DNA of 62,844 bases, the filler included, from Octopus bimaculoides (lineage: Eukaryota), in the NCBI RefSeq assembly GCF_001194135.2. It is 9 parts of 9 records of this genome, joined end to end, with 100 filler letters (N's around TTAATTAATTAA, not from the genome) between each part and the next. Parts side by side here need not be neighbours in the genome. Positions count along the whole stretch, not along the records: positions 1 to 16,147 come from NC_069004.1; positions 16,248 to 22,493 come from NC_068982.1; positions 22,594 to 28,190 come from NC_068988.1; 6 more parts are not named here. One strand, given 5' to 3'. The position numbers were made by a program, and so were the translations under genes. The notes beneath the pieces are model-generated. The model worked only from the letters and a program-made list of their open reading frames with translations, was not told where the DNA came from and searched no databases. Positions 14,170 through 28,190 of this stretch are shown in pieces; the stretch's first letter is position 1; each line of letters begins with the position of its first letter.

Positions 14170-14530
14170 TGAGTAATTTAATTATTGGTATCTGAGTAAA
14201 TCCTTCAAAATCATCATCTGAGTCAGAATCGAACAAGATTTCTTCCAGAAAAGCTTCAAATGTAGAAGTGGCCATTTTTGTTGAGTAAAAAATTCAGAAC
14301 AGTAAGTTCGATTTCAAAGCTTCATCACCTCGTTAATTTGTAAACAATGAAAATGGCATCAAAAAATGAAAGTTTAACCTCATTCTGAAGCGAAAGTAGC
14401 CTGGAAATAAAGATAGTGATGTGTTTTATATTAAGCACCCTTCTTAAGGCAACAAAATGCACATGCAGCTACAGGGGTGAAAACTTGTGAGTGACAAATT
14501 GCGACAACAGCATGGAGAACATTAAAGTGG
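14170..14530 (-). mobile_element. piggyBac-like 5' remnant
   Basis: MATSTFEAFLEEILFDSDSDDDFEGF, an acidic N-terminus resembling that of the 39.3-kb element. Confidence 0.45.
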
Positions 14531-14667
14531 CTGGTATTTGGAAGGGCATCCAACCAAAGGAATCATGCTAAGCCAGAATATTGGAGCAAGATTTAGTATT
14601 CTGACCTGTCTTGTTCCAGTCCAATCTTTGCCAGCATGGAAAGTGAAGGTTTATGAAAAAAAAGAAG

Positions 14668-14707
<40 letters not shown>

Positions 14708-15012
14708 NNNNNNNNNNNNNNNNNNNNNNNNNNNNNNNNNNNNNNNNNNNNNNNNNNNNNNNNNNNNNNNNNNNNNNNNNNNNNNNNNNNNNNNNNNNNN
14801 NNNNNNNNNNNNNNNNNNNNNNNNNNNNNNNNNNNNNNNNNNNNNNNNNNNNNNNNNNNNNNNNNNNNNNNNNNNNNNNNNNNNNNNNNNNNNNNNNNNN
14901 NNNNNNNNNNNNNNNNNNNNNNNNNAGTGGACTGAGTACTTTCTACATGGCACCAGCACAGGCAAGGTCAGTTTTGGCATGGTTTTTACAGCTGGATGTC
15001 CTTCCAAATGCC

Positions 15013-15210
15013 AATAATAGATCACAGCATTTGTTTCTGCACTGCACACCAGCTTTAAGTTGCTGAATTTATATTTATGATAAATACTAATATAGAAGAA
15101 CCTTCTATATAATAATTATGAAGAATGTTCTCCTATTATATTATATGAATATAAACTTAGCAACTTAAAGCTGGTGTGTGGTGCAGGAATAAACATTGCG
15201 ATCTACTATT
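15013..15210. mobile_element. MITE-like element with ~65-bp TIRs
   Basis: cacaccagctttaagttgct / agcaacttaaagctggtgtg with flanking similarity and an AT-rich spacer. Confidence 0.65.
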
Positions 15211-15691
15211 AAAGCCTGACATCCTCCATCCTTGTATTATATTATCCTTGTATTAATCTTAGGTAAAGAGGACTTCCACATATGTACCTGGTTCTGGAAT
15301 ATACCCTACTGTAGGATAACATGTGATAGCCAAATAACAACATAAGAGCTACTATTTTTACACACAATTATACTAAATATGTATGTATATAAAACAAAGA
15401 AGGATTAGTTAAGGATTAGTAAGTAGCCAAAGCTAAATACTTCTTAAGCTCTCTGCATATAAAAATACACTCGACTAACATGAATGTCTTGGGATCAGTA
15501 TTGCACTCCAAGTAATCTGAAATCAAAGTCCATCACCAGTCAAATTTGTAAATCCATGGTACCATTATCCACTTGAGATGGTATGTTTTTACCAAGCGAT
15601 ACATAGAATAGACAGAAACGATGGGTTATATGGTTATATCATTTTACTTATTGTAGGCTTAAATGTATATAACCCATTATTTCTGTCTATT

Positions 15692-15752
<61 letters not shown>

Positions 15753-16147
15753 CACATTTATAGTGAGGGTGCATGGCTTAGTGGTTAGGGTGTTGCACTT
15801 ATGGTTGCTAGATTGTGATTTCAATTCCTAGACCGGGTGGTGTGTTGTGTTCTTGAGCAAAGCACTTCAACTCACGTTGCCCTACGATAACTTAAACACC
15901 TGACACATGGCACAATGTCAATTTGAGGAGTAGACAGCTGACAACTGAGCAAGGGTTGTTATTTGTCCCGTTTTCAATTTTTTTTTTCTCGTTGTTTGTG
16001 TATTTAACTTGCTTGTTTTTGTACTTCATGTTGTTTACAGTTGGTGACATCCTGTACCCATATATGCATATATATATTATTTATATTATTATTTAATTGA
16101 ACACTACGCATCAATTTCCACATAAGTTTATATATATATATATATAT

Positions 16148-16247
16148 NNNNNNNNNNNNNNNNNNNNNNNNNNNNNNNNNNNNNNNNNNNNTTAATTAAT
16201 TAANNNNNNNNNNNNNNNNNNNNNNNNNNNNNNNNNNNNNNNNNNNN
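16148..16247. other. Artificial scaffold spacer N44-TTAATTAATTAA-N44 (also at 22494, 28191, 35933, 37102, 43583, 58383 and 61170)
   Basis: The identical 100-nt layout occurs eight times. The 12-mer gives stop codons in all six frames. Confidence 0.97.
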
Positions 16248-16282
<35 letters not shown>

Positions 16283-16439
16283 AAGATAGAAAATAGTTGT
16301 AACACACATGTGGTACTGGAATGCCACATGTGCTGTAAGCCATATATCTGGATAAATGAGTGTGCATGTATGTGTGTTTATGTCTACATTTCCATCCTTG
16401 GATTTACATGTGAGTGTTTATATTTGATTTAGCTCATGT

Positions 16440-17080
16440 ATGATGATGATTGCTTCATCTTGACAGATGATAGCTGTCCCATCATCACACACATCACACA
16501 GCACAATCACTCCGTTGATGAGCCCTTAGATGACTTTTAAGACCAGATGCTGATTGACAGAGTTTAAAACACAAGTGACAGATGTTATTGAAGTTTTTTT
16601 ACTGCCCACAAGGGGCCACACACAGGGAGGACAAACAAGGAAAGACAAACGGATTAAGTCGATTATATCGACTCCAGTGCATAACTGGTACTTATTTAAT
16701 CGAGTCCGAAAAGATGAAAGGCGAAGTCAACCATGGCAGAATTTGAACTCAGAACGTAGCGGCAGATGAAATACCATTAAGCATTTTGCCCGGCACGCTA
16801 ATGTTTCTGCTAGCTCGCCGCCTTAATTGATGTTATTGAAGTTTCATCTATATCTTTGCTCTTTGGAATCTGATTTTGAAGGAATGTTTTTGTGAATTAG
16901 CATATGTCTTTTAAGTCCAGATATTGTCTTAAAAGTTTTTTGACATATGACACAAGTCATAAGAGGCAGTCGGTGTCTAAAATCATTACCTATCTGGGCA
17001 TTACAATTTTCACAGGACTTCATATGATTCACGTATCCTGCTTTTGACAACAGAACACGGTCACATATAATACATGTTGC
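16440..17080 (-). mobile_element. LINE (probably RTE) 3' end with three tandem C2H2 fingers, interrupted by a SINE
   Basis: CIICDRVLLSKAGYVNHMKSC, CVICQKTFKTISGLKRHMLIH and CHLCFKLCQSASGLKSHLRAH in one frame once the SINE is removed (one TGA). (CAT)n tail at 16440-16450. Confidence 0.7.
16597..16828 (-). mobile_element. tRNA-derived SINE (family B) with 16-bp TSD
   Basis: Same sequence as 9733-9965, flanked by GATGTTATTGAAGTTT at 16581-16596 and 16829-16844. Confidence 0.9.
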
Positions 17081-17380
17081 TATTTATACCTGCATTTGTA
17101 TATTTTAATCTTTTACTGCATCAATGCACACAGACCGCTAAACATTAAATGAGTCTATGACTTAGTATGTGTGTGTGCATGTACACACACATGCACATGT
17201 GTGAGCGTGTGTACATAGGCAAGGTACAGTATGGGCAGATTTCTGAGTACCAACGAACATTTATGCAGATATAACAGTTTAAAGAATAAGCGTATTATAA
17301 TGGATAATACTAAGTGGACTTTTCCTTTTTCTCTCTCTTTTTCTTTTTTCTTTGTCATGTAATCTTGGGACTGAAAATGT

Positions 17381-17477
17381 TTGCGGCTGAAGATAGCTTT
17401 AAACCATCCTTTATATCAACAATATATACTGATGTAATGACAGTTTGTGTATAAAGCTTGAAACACGTGTACCGCAA
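17381..17477 (+). ncRNA. Type I hammerhead ribozyme motif, nearly intact
   Basis: UUGCGG-CUGAAGA-U-AGCUUUA-[50 nt]-UAAAGCU-U-GAAAC-ACGU-GUA-CCGCAA. 6-bp helix I, 7-bp helix II, palindromic helix III (ACACGUGU), GUA cleavage triplet. Confidence 0.75.
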
Positions 17478-17515
17478 TATCCTTTGTGCTCTGTTATCAA
17501 TTTACGTTTGATATA

Positions 17516-17592
<77 letters not shown>

Positions 17593-18051
17593 TATATATA
17601 GATATAGATCTACAGATATAGATCTACAGATATAGATCTACAGATATAGATATAAATATGGATATAAATATATGTATATACATATATATTTTTGATATAT
17701 ATCTATAGTATATAGATGAATTCCATGAACTGTGTGTGTTGTACGTGTTTGTATGTGTTTGTGTGCATTTGTGTATACCTGTGCATGTGAGTATGTGTGT
17801 TGTGCATATGTGTGTACGTGTGTGTGTGTATGTGTGTGTGTGTGTGTGTGCGCGTGTGTGTGTACGAGGTATAAAATAAATACTGGAACTAGCTCTAAAC
17901 CTCTTAAGATGTGTAACGACAGAAAGTCATAAAACGTTTAAACTTATATTACGGCAGTAATTAATAAAAGATTGTATTACATCAACATGAAAAGTCATTA
18001 TATGAAAGACATGGAACAAACTGTTCAGTATGATATATATACCTACATACC

Positions 18052-18087
<36 letters not shown>

Positions 18088-18255
18088 NNNNNNNNNNNNN
18101 NNNNNNNNNNNNNNNNNNNNNNNNNNNNNNNNNNNNNNNNNNNNNNNNNNNNNNNNNNNNNNNNNNNNNNNNNNNNNNNNNNNNNNNNNNNNNNNNNNNN
18201 NNNNNNNNNNNNNNNNNNNNNNNNNNNNNNNNNNNNNNNNNNNNNNNNNNNNNNN

Positions 18256-18310
<55 letters not shown>

Positions 18311-20400
18311 AAGTAAAAATATTGGAACCCTACTTTCCTACCCCTTGTCAGTAAAGGGCCTAAAGCTTTTAAAATGTTCCACTTAATAAGCATTAGTCAG
18401 TTTACACATTAAGTTGCAGATTTGGCTGAAGAAATTATTTTCTGAAATCATTATTCAATTGGTGCTCTTGGTTTGTAGCCACAGATTAATGAGATACTAT
18501 GAGCTGTTATCATTCATTTGAGGGTGTTCATTGAAATTGTTCAAGCAGAACAATGATGTAGTTGCATTTATTTGTAAATGTAAGTATTTATACATAGCAG
18601 TATTTATACACAGCAATATATATTTTGTTTGTCCATTATAGTGACAGGAACATCTGCCTGGAGATGAATAAACATTGCTAGCTCATGCAAATGCTCATAT
18701 ACATATATATGCAGATGCATGCACACATTCCCATACATGTTTAACCTAAAAGGCAACTTTGTTTTATGAAGAGAAAGAAAGAAATACATAGACATGTGTG
18801 TAAAAAGGGTGAAAACGAGATATATTTTTTATGGTTGATAGGCCTTGCTTACTAACCATAACAATTGAAATTTTTTTTGTTAAGTCTAATGTTGTTGTAA
18901 TGGAGATGTGTGACCAATTAGTTAGGACCTTAGACTCCCAACCATAATCAGTGGGTTCCATTCTCAACTAAGTAGTATATTGTCTTTGACTTTGTCACAT
19001 CATTTGACTTTGCTTCAGTTCACTCATCTGGAAATAAATTCCAATACCAGTTGAGGGTTAACCCTGTGACAGAATGGCATCCCATTTAGGGTATCTTGTA
19101 CTCTCAGCTGCTTAAATGCTTAAGAAAATGAGGAGTGGAGTGCAGAGGGTAAGCCCTGGCTTAAATAAGTCTGTAAGCATGAGACAGATTTTATCGTTGC
19201 TGTTGTTGTTTTTAGTCCTAACTCAGTTTAATTAATCAGATTTTAAAAAATCAAAAAAAATCAACGATGTTTCAATTATGACCTTCCCATTTTTTTGTAT
19301 ATCAGAGACTGTATTATCCAATATGTTATTTCATTTTTTTTGATATTGTAGGTTGAGATTTGAGAAAGAAGTGCAACTGTTTCTAACTGATCAAGTGATC
19401 ATACAGGCAGGGAAAAATGCTAGGCCAAGGATCATTTGGTACTGGGCTGCATAGAAAAAATAAGTTTTAAAATTTTATTTCTATTTTATCGACTACCACA
19501 ATCTGTTAGGTGTTTTTTGCATTACATATGTATTACACTGTGTAACCCTATTTTTGTCCTTGGGTAACAACTGTTATTTCCTATTTGCTTACCCCTAGAA
19601 AGTATGAAAAATGGCTAATATTTCTTTCAAACTTTACTTTTGTTACATTCATTCAAACCCCAAAGAATCCTTCTCAACATATGTCTATGATGCTCCCCCA
19701 TAACTCTTGCTCATGATTAGAGATGCACATATTGCCACTAAGAAACATGCTCAAGTGGTTAAGGTCAAACAACTGACCAGCAAATCTGTGGTATTAAGCA
19801 GAATATTTGCTATAATATCAATGCTTCAGCAATTCAGTGCTGAATCTGTCTGAAATGTAATGGAAAATAGGTCAGATTCAAAACATTGATGTCCAGGTGA
19901 CAAACGCAAAGTTTGAAAGGAATAGTTGTCATTTCCTTTGATTTCTTGATAGAAGCAAATATGAAATAACACTGACTGAACAAAGACAAAAAAATCATAA
20001 AATGAAAATTTGGTTTCACAGTGTTATATATTTAATAATTAAATTATATATTATGAACATTATTTTTTACTATGAGTGTGATCCTGTGGCTCATGGAAAA
20101 GACATGTCGCGTATTAAATTTCTCAAAAAAGGTTAGGGTTTGCTCATATGGGGAGTCACTTATTGCCGTTTTTCACTTTGTTTCTCTTTTCTTATATTTT
20201 TTATCTTTTACCTTTTGCTTGTTTTAGTCTTTAGACTGTGGTGATGTTGAGCCACAGTCTAATGACTGAATGAATTGATTTATTTTTTGTAAACCTGGTG
20301 CTTATTTTATGAGTCTCAGTTAAAGAGTCATAAACACACCAAGGTTGACAAACACATACACAAAGACACACACACATGCACACTGACACAGACACACACA

Positions 20401-20442
<42 letters not shown>

Positions 20443-22199
20443 ATGGGCTTTTTTCAGGTTCTGTTTGCCAAATCCTTTTGCAAGGCTTTGATCAGCCTGA
20501 GGCTACAGTGGAAGGCACTTACTCAAGGTGCCACACAGTGGCACTGGACCTAGAACCCTGTGGTTGGGAAGCTTGTCGTGTATATACATACATACATGCA
20601 TGCATATATATATATGTGTGCGTGTGTTGTGTATCTATGTTTGGCCCTCACCACCACTGCTTAACAACCAGTGTTGGTGTGCTTATGTCCCTATAACTTA
20701 GCAGTTCAGTAAAAGAGACTGATAAAATAAGTACCAGCTTTAAAAGAAGTAAGTACTGGGGTCATTACATTCAACTAATGTTTCAATGTGTTGCTCCAGC
20801 ATAGACTCAGTCAAATGACAGAAACAAGAAAAAAGATAAGAAAAGATAAAAAAGATATTATACATTAAAACAAATAATTGGAAAATTTTTGGTATCATTT
20901 ATTTACCATTACACATATTTATTACATTATTTCATTCTCTATCTGAAGTATTTCTAATAGGACATATCTTACATGTTTCTCCTACATGTACAATTTTGTA
21001 ACTCCTATTAGCAAATGAAACACATGTAATGGTGAATAAATAACGTCAAAAAGTTTTCCAATCTCCCACTTCGATATATATATATATTCTTTTATTGTTT
21101 TACTTATTTCAGTCACCTGATTGCAGTCATGCTGGAGCACTGCCTTAAAGGTGTTTTTTAGTTGAAATCAACCCCAGAACTTATTCTTTGTAAGCCTAGT
21201 ACTTATTCTATTAATCACCTCAGGGGAACTGCTTGGTTATGAGGTCCCCAACACGCCAAATTTGGTTGTCAAGTGATTGTGGGGTGACAAACACATAAAT
21301 ACACAACGACACAACAACACACACAAAAATAGAGCTTTCACTTATATATATATAAAGAGAACACAACTGGTGTTTAAAATTTATGAAAGGACATTAAATG
21401 ATGATGATAATGATGATGATGATGATGATGACAACAACAACGATGATGATGATGATGAAGATATGTTCAGAAAATATAGACAAAGGACAGAGGAGTCAGG
21501 AACAAATACTTCACTAGTTATGGAATATAAAGGATGCCAACAAATATAATGAGAAGACATAGCAAGAGGCCAATGACATTATTTAAAGGAGACAACGACA
21601 ACGATGACAATGATGATGATGTTTCAGTAGAATTTATTAACATATTCATAGATTATATTATAGCATGGAATCCACTGTCTTCAGGTAAAATTCGAAGTAG
21701 GTGATATTTTAAACAGATGAGATTTTATTCATCAACCTGGACAAATCTGCTGTCATCACATTATTAGTTCTTTAAAAAATTACATGCATATATATAGTAA
21801 AAATTAGGTGAGGCTTGAACGGACATGCAAGAAGCAGAGAACTCGAATGACTATATTATTTAAATTCACATATCTAAATTAATTTATAGATAATATTGGT
21901 TTTGAGAATGTACAAGAATCAAAGACATGCTGTAGCATTGTGTTGACATTAAAGGTCATCAAAATCAAGAAGTTATTTTATCAATTAAACAAGACAAAAA
22001 GCAACAAAAATCAGAGCGCACCAGAAAGCCATAAAACTATCATCAACTTTATATCCCATTCTGTCCAACCTAAGTACACACACACACACATATTCACCTG
22101 CAGATCCACACACACACACACATTCACCTGCATATCCACACACTCGCACACATAAATACATATGTGTGTGTGTGTGTGTGTATGTGTAAATTACGATTT

Positions 22200-22851
22200 A
22201 TGCATTGTTGTCTCTCAAATATTTAAAATCTACGATTAAGAGGCCTATCTCCTGGCTGATGGTACAACCGCCCTCCCACCCCCTCCACCGGAAGTTCATT
22301 CCTCTGTCATCCTGTCATCCTCGGCTGTCTCCCGGAACCCATCTAGTGGCCTTGGCCATCCTCTCCCCTACCTTTGGGTAGCGCATAAAGTTTGAGTAAT
22401 GTTTGCAGGTTGTAGGTACTGTTTTGCTTATGAATTCTTCCAATTGCAAGTTTTCTTTTCAGGTACACAACACTGCTTTTTCCCTTCCCAGGCNNNNNNN
22501 NNNNNNNNNNNNNNNNNNNNNNNNNNNNNNNNNNNNNTTAATTAATTAANNNNNNNNNNNNNNNNNNNNNNNNNNNNNNNNNNNNNNNNNNNNAAACTGT
22601 GACGCTAAAGACCGAGGTTACCGTGGTCTTTTCGTAGGTTTTTCTTTCCACGGATAACCTCCCCATTTATTGGGAATTTTTGTATTATTTCGTATTTTTT
22701 GTAAATACCCCAAACGTTTTGCGATGTTTTTTTCATCGTTGTCCCCACTTTTGTTTTTTTTTCTGCTTTGTTTTCGACCCCCTCGAAAAGAAAAACTCTA
22801 CATTTGTATTTTGTCCCCTCTGTGTTGAGCCCTGTGTGGCTAATAAAGAAA
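22200..22851 (+). mobile_element. Probable LINE 3' UTR remnant; 22594-22851 ends with AATAAAGAAA and (CTAT)n
   Basis: U-rich 3' UTR-like sequence whose last 40 nt match the family B SINE tail. It spans an artificial spacer, so the two halves may be unrelated. Confidence 0.4.
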
Positions 22852-22852
22852 C

Positions 22853-22900
<48 letters not shown>

Positions 22901-24539
22901 GTTCCAATGTAACATGATCGAGTATATTCGGATATACGGAGAACATTCGCTGCGAAAATAGTATCAGGTGAAAACATATCCCAAGACATCATATGTAAAA
23001 TCCAACTGGGCTCGCTGAATTATGTCACTAGATCGTGGGATGAATTCGTATCTACGCTGATTGTGACATACGCCTAAAACTCACAAATCTCCATCGAAAT
23101 ATCATTGGCCTTGGTTGCAGTATGTTAAATGGATATTAATGATGCTAAATAATTTAATATAATGCTATATTAATGTGTTTAGATGTGTTTAATATTTCTA
23201 ATATTATTTATAGAATTTTTCTCTCAATATTTCAACCATTTTAATAATTACTATTAATATTGATTGTAAGGCAGCGAGCTGGCCGAATCTTAGCACGCTG
23301 GGCAAAAGACTTAGATACATTTCGTTCGTTTTAACGTTCCGCTGTGTTTGACTTTTCCTTTCATTCTTTCGGGGTCTATAAAATGAGAACCAGTTCAGCA
23401 CTGGGGTCGTTAAAATCGACTTAGCGTCTTTCCAATAATTGCTGGTCTTGTGCCAAAATTTGAAATCAATATTAATACATTATTATTTATTTATCTTCAT
23501 GAATTGTTTATACCTGGAACTGATGAGGGATGAAGTAATTCAAGAAGGGACCAATGGCTAAATGAATTTGGGAATCCTTGATCTAAATTCACTTAGAGTC
23601 ATGGTAGTTTTCTATTACCATAAGAATGTTGGAATTAAAAGCGTTAGGTGACAGAATTGTTATTACAACAGACAAAATGCTTCAAAATATTTAAATATGC
23701 CCTTTTACGTTTTAAAATTGTGTCCAACGACTATATCGGAGTTTTTTGTTGGGGGAAGACACAAAATTGAGGAGGAAACCGATTTTTATTGGCAATTAGT
23801 ATATTACCTATATTTTTATAGAAATGAGAAGAACGAAATATAAAGTCAAACGTAACTGGATTTGAAGTGCGAATGCAAAAGAACCCGGTTAAAAATAATG
23901 TATTTTCGCAGCGATCTTTTGATTCTGTCACTCATTGTACTTCGACAAAATATCAGTAATTCGCCTGCAGGGTTTTAAGTTGATATATAGACTTTATCAC
24001 AGTAACTGGTTTTTCGTTGGGTAAAGACAAGGGAATATTTTTCACAAACACAATTGAAAATTATATCAAAATATAGTTTTACTACATTTGAAGTCTTGAC
24101 ATTTAAGCAATAAGCAACATATTGTTATATATAATTACATACATCAAGCGATTAATTAATTCTCTAAGTGATGTTGAATTCTATTGACCATTCAAGTAAG
24201 AATTGACGTATTTTGATGAATTAAATAATTTGCGTTTGTTTTTTAAATTGATTACACGATTTTGTTTAATTTGAGATAGCTAAAATATGAAATGCTTCAA
24301 GTGTTTGATGTCGTCAGAAATAAGTTTAAGAAAATTAAATATTCTGTTTGAAATGAATGAATGTAACGTTTGGAAATGAGATTGAAGTTTCTGAAGTGGG
24401 CTGATAGAGTTTAACATCCTTTTGAACGCCTTGTGATGTGTTTTTAAAGTTTTGCATTAGAAGAATTTCAGGAATATGTGAACGTGATCTTAATAGATAG
24501 GATTACATAAAAAAAGGCAAAAATAATCAACCAAGAAAT

Positions 24540-25105
24540 ATCCTTCATATCAACAATACCTTACATATAAGAAAGACTCGAAAATATTACTAGCATATAC
24601 AACGCTTCGGCCCTCTCCATTCCCTTCTATGGGGCAGAAACGTGGTGCCTCTCGTAGACCCTGGCAAAGAGGATTGATGGTTTCGATATCAGAGCCCTGA
24701 GAACTATAGAGAACATCAAATAGTACCACCACATTTCAAACAAAGATCTGCGTACGCGCACGTATCAGCAAAAAGCTTTCCACGTCATAGCCACTCGTCG
24801 CATGCGCTGGTACGGACATGTTTTCCGTCATACGCTAAATCATCATACCAGGATTTTTATTCTCAATCGATGCATCAGCTGCGAGCTGGAAGACGCTTCG
24901 TGGCCTCGCACCAGATGGTTGGATGTGATTGGGGAAGGTCCGCAGAGGCTCGACGTCACCTTGGAGGATACAGAGGGGTTGGCACGGGACTATCAGCAGT
25001 GGAGAGCACTGGTGGACCTGATCGCATGATGACGTGCTTGGAACCACTGACCTGGGACTAGTCCATCAAGTAAGAGAATGAAGCAAGTAAGCTAGCAAGC
25101 AAGCA
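24540..25105 (+). mobile_element. RTE-clade LINE 3' end
   Basis: FYGAETW...RIDGFDIRALR...RRMRWYGHVFR...RTRWLDVI...WRALV, followed by a (CAAG)n-like tail. Confidence 0.85.
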
Positions 25106-28096
25106 TTAAAAAAGAGTGTGTGAAGATATTTTATAGAGTTGATATATATTTTAAAAATCTTTCTACATCTAAAAATATGACATACAGAATTCTTGTGAGT
25201 GCAAAGTTCCTGTCCAAGAGAAGTTATAACTGAAATAGTCGATCATTCATAATTTACACCGCACTGTTACTCCACTAATAATTATTGCGCCGTCAGTCTT
25301 TTTTTACTTCCTGCGTCAGAAAAAAGTGGCAGTTTCCATGGCCATTGCGACCTTCCGAGACCAGTGAGCATAATTCAATCAATGCTCCATTTAGTTAATA
25401 ATTGCAGGAAAGACATGAACATTGAGAGTCCTAAAGGTCCAATGTTTTGAGGGAAAACGATTAAACATTGGGGTTAATTTGGAGCCGGGGTGAAGGCTAC
25501 TTGGAGAGACGATGTATCAAGGGTGCCTAAGATGATGAAGTACGAGACCAACCAGCTCCGAGAGACAGAAGCCATTTTAATAGCAATAGAAAAGACAGAG
25601 AACGAGACGGTGAGCCAGTGGGTGAACCCCAGCGTGTCTGTTGTCTGTTGGTGATTTAATCCCAATCACTTGAGTGACCCTACAGTGGATACGATCTCTG
25701 TGAGTAGCAGCAGCACTGCCTAAAATGTGTGAGTATTACTCCGGTGTGAACTCACTTGAGCTTTGTAGAGTAATCAACAACTGTTGGGAGTTGAAAATTT
25801 TTAGGTTATGAAGAGATGGACCAGTCTTTGGGCTCCAATGCTAGATACATGAGAAAATGGTGAAGCCCAGAATTTAAAATGTCCTTTAATTCATTGTGTA
25901 TTCTGGGCTACATTACCTAATGTTATTTGTTATGACGCGAGGACGTGATTTGAGAAATATGCAAGTATTGTTTATGGCAGACTGAGCTCCCATGTAGAGG
26001 CATCTCGAAGTTGCTTGTGCAATTAACTGTATTAATCTTTTAGCTGTACCACTGGGCTGTTAGTTCTCTTAAGTATAAACGCAACCAGTTTTTTTTAGTT
26101 TAACATGTGTCCAGACATGTCAATAGTAGAAACATGTTCAGTTGACATTCGTTTTTCAACTTAATGAAAGATATAATGTATAAATGAAAAAGAGAACTAT
26201 GAAGTGAAACATATATAAATATTGGTTATTTATACAGATATAACAATTCAAAATCATGGTAAGACAATAGTTGATCATATCGATCGAAAAACTTGATTAG
26301 GTGCAGAGGTGGCTGTGCGATAAAATAATTTGTTCCCTGATCACATATTTTTCGGGTTTAGTCTCCCTGTGAAGCACATCGGACATCTATATCCCGGGCT
26401 ATAGGAGAAGACAAGTCTTAGTTTGTTTACTCTACCTTAGCGGTTCAGAGAAATAGAGATCTAAATAGAGATCGATTAATCTCTATTTAGATCTCTGTTT
26501 TACCAGGCGTAAAACAGAAGTACTGGAGATGATGTGTTTAGTGAAGGTCCTCAAGAAGTACACCAGCATGGCTGCCGTCCAATGACTGAAAGAACTGAAA
26601 TATATATCTACCTCAGAAGAATAGAAATCTAAATTCACTCCATCCAAATTTGAACTTGGAACGTAAAAGATCTTAACTAAATGCTTCAGTACTCATTACA
26701 AACATGCGGTTTACTAACGATCCTGCCCATTCTGTATGTACAAAATACATACAGAAAAAACATTGGAATCTATGCGCGCAAAATGGGAAACAGAGCGAGA
26801 GGAATAGAAAGAAAGATAAAGAAGGAGTGCCTGTTATGCACTTGTTTACGCCCGCACACGTTCCTATGCATTGAAGAGAATATGTGAATATTTTAGCAAA
26901 CTAGCATCAGGCAGAAGCACTGCGAAATTTCGTTTTTATATTGGATCTCAGTGGTTATTTTAATAGGACTTTTCCTTCTCCTAAAATATATGACCTAGTT
27001 TATATGTTGCTTTAAACATTGAATTAGGGTATATTTGTTGAGACTTATAAAGGTTGCATTTTTAATACCAAACAGATTAAGCCTTAAACTCGAGACACTT
27101 TCTCTCTAATCTCTCTTAATAAAATAGGAAAGCTATCAGATTCGAGTCGAACGTACATACGTACATACATACATACTTACATAAGCATGTACAGGCATAA
27201 TATTACACACACGAACACACGGACGCACATTCACACGTATATAGTAATATATCTAAGCTTTCATTGGCCTAGACCATATCAGAATTAATTGTGCCAGCTG
27301 GTAATGTTGTTTGAGTTTTAAATAGCTCATGTTTTGTTTCACTATAGCCCACTACAGAAAGGAGTTGTTGATGAAAACTTATTCAGGTATGTATATATAT
27401 ATATATATATATATATNNNNNNNNNNNNNNNNNNNNNNNNNNNNNNNNNNNNNNNNNNNNNNNNNNNNNNNNNNNNNNNNNNNNNNNNNNNNNNNNNNNN
27501 NNNNNNNNNNNNNNNNNNNNNNNNNNNNNNNNNNNNNNNNNNNNNNNNNNNNNNNNNNNNNNNNNNNNNNNNNNNNNNNNNNNNNNNNNNNNNNNNNNNN
27601 NNNNNNNNNNNNNNNNNNNNNNNNNNNNNNNNNNNNNNNNNNNNNNNNNNNNNNNNNNNNNNNNNNNNNNNNNNNNNNNNNNNNNNNNNNNNNNNNNNNN
27701 NNNNNNNNNNNNNNNNNNNNNNNNNNNNNNNNNNNNNNNNNNNNNNNNNATATATATATATATATATAGGTATATGTATGTATATATATATATGTGTGTG
27801 TGTGTATGTATGTGAGTACGGTCACAAGTCAACTGTGTCACTCATTAGAAAGCTCTCATTATTCATTACGGTTCCTATAAATGTTTATGCGTTAACCTCC
27901 TATACGTAATTTGCGTTTTTTAGCTGTCAATAGAATTGGAAGTTTGACACCAGTTTAACTTAAGATGGATGACAATTTAGATTTTAGTTCTGCATTTCTA
28001 ATTAATACACATAGATATCCATCCATACATACTTGCTTACATAGGTGCATAGACACATAGTTTTATATACATACATACATACATGCATACACACAC

Positions 28097-28135
<39 letters not shown>

Positions 28136-28149
28136 AATATACACACACA

Positions 28150-28190
<41 letters not shown>

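Noticed and set aside
23005-23075. TATGTCAC...GTGACATA hairpin as pre-miRNA or ribozyme
   Set aside because: Large asymmetric bulge, no ribozyme core and no independent support.
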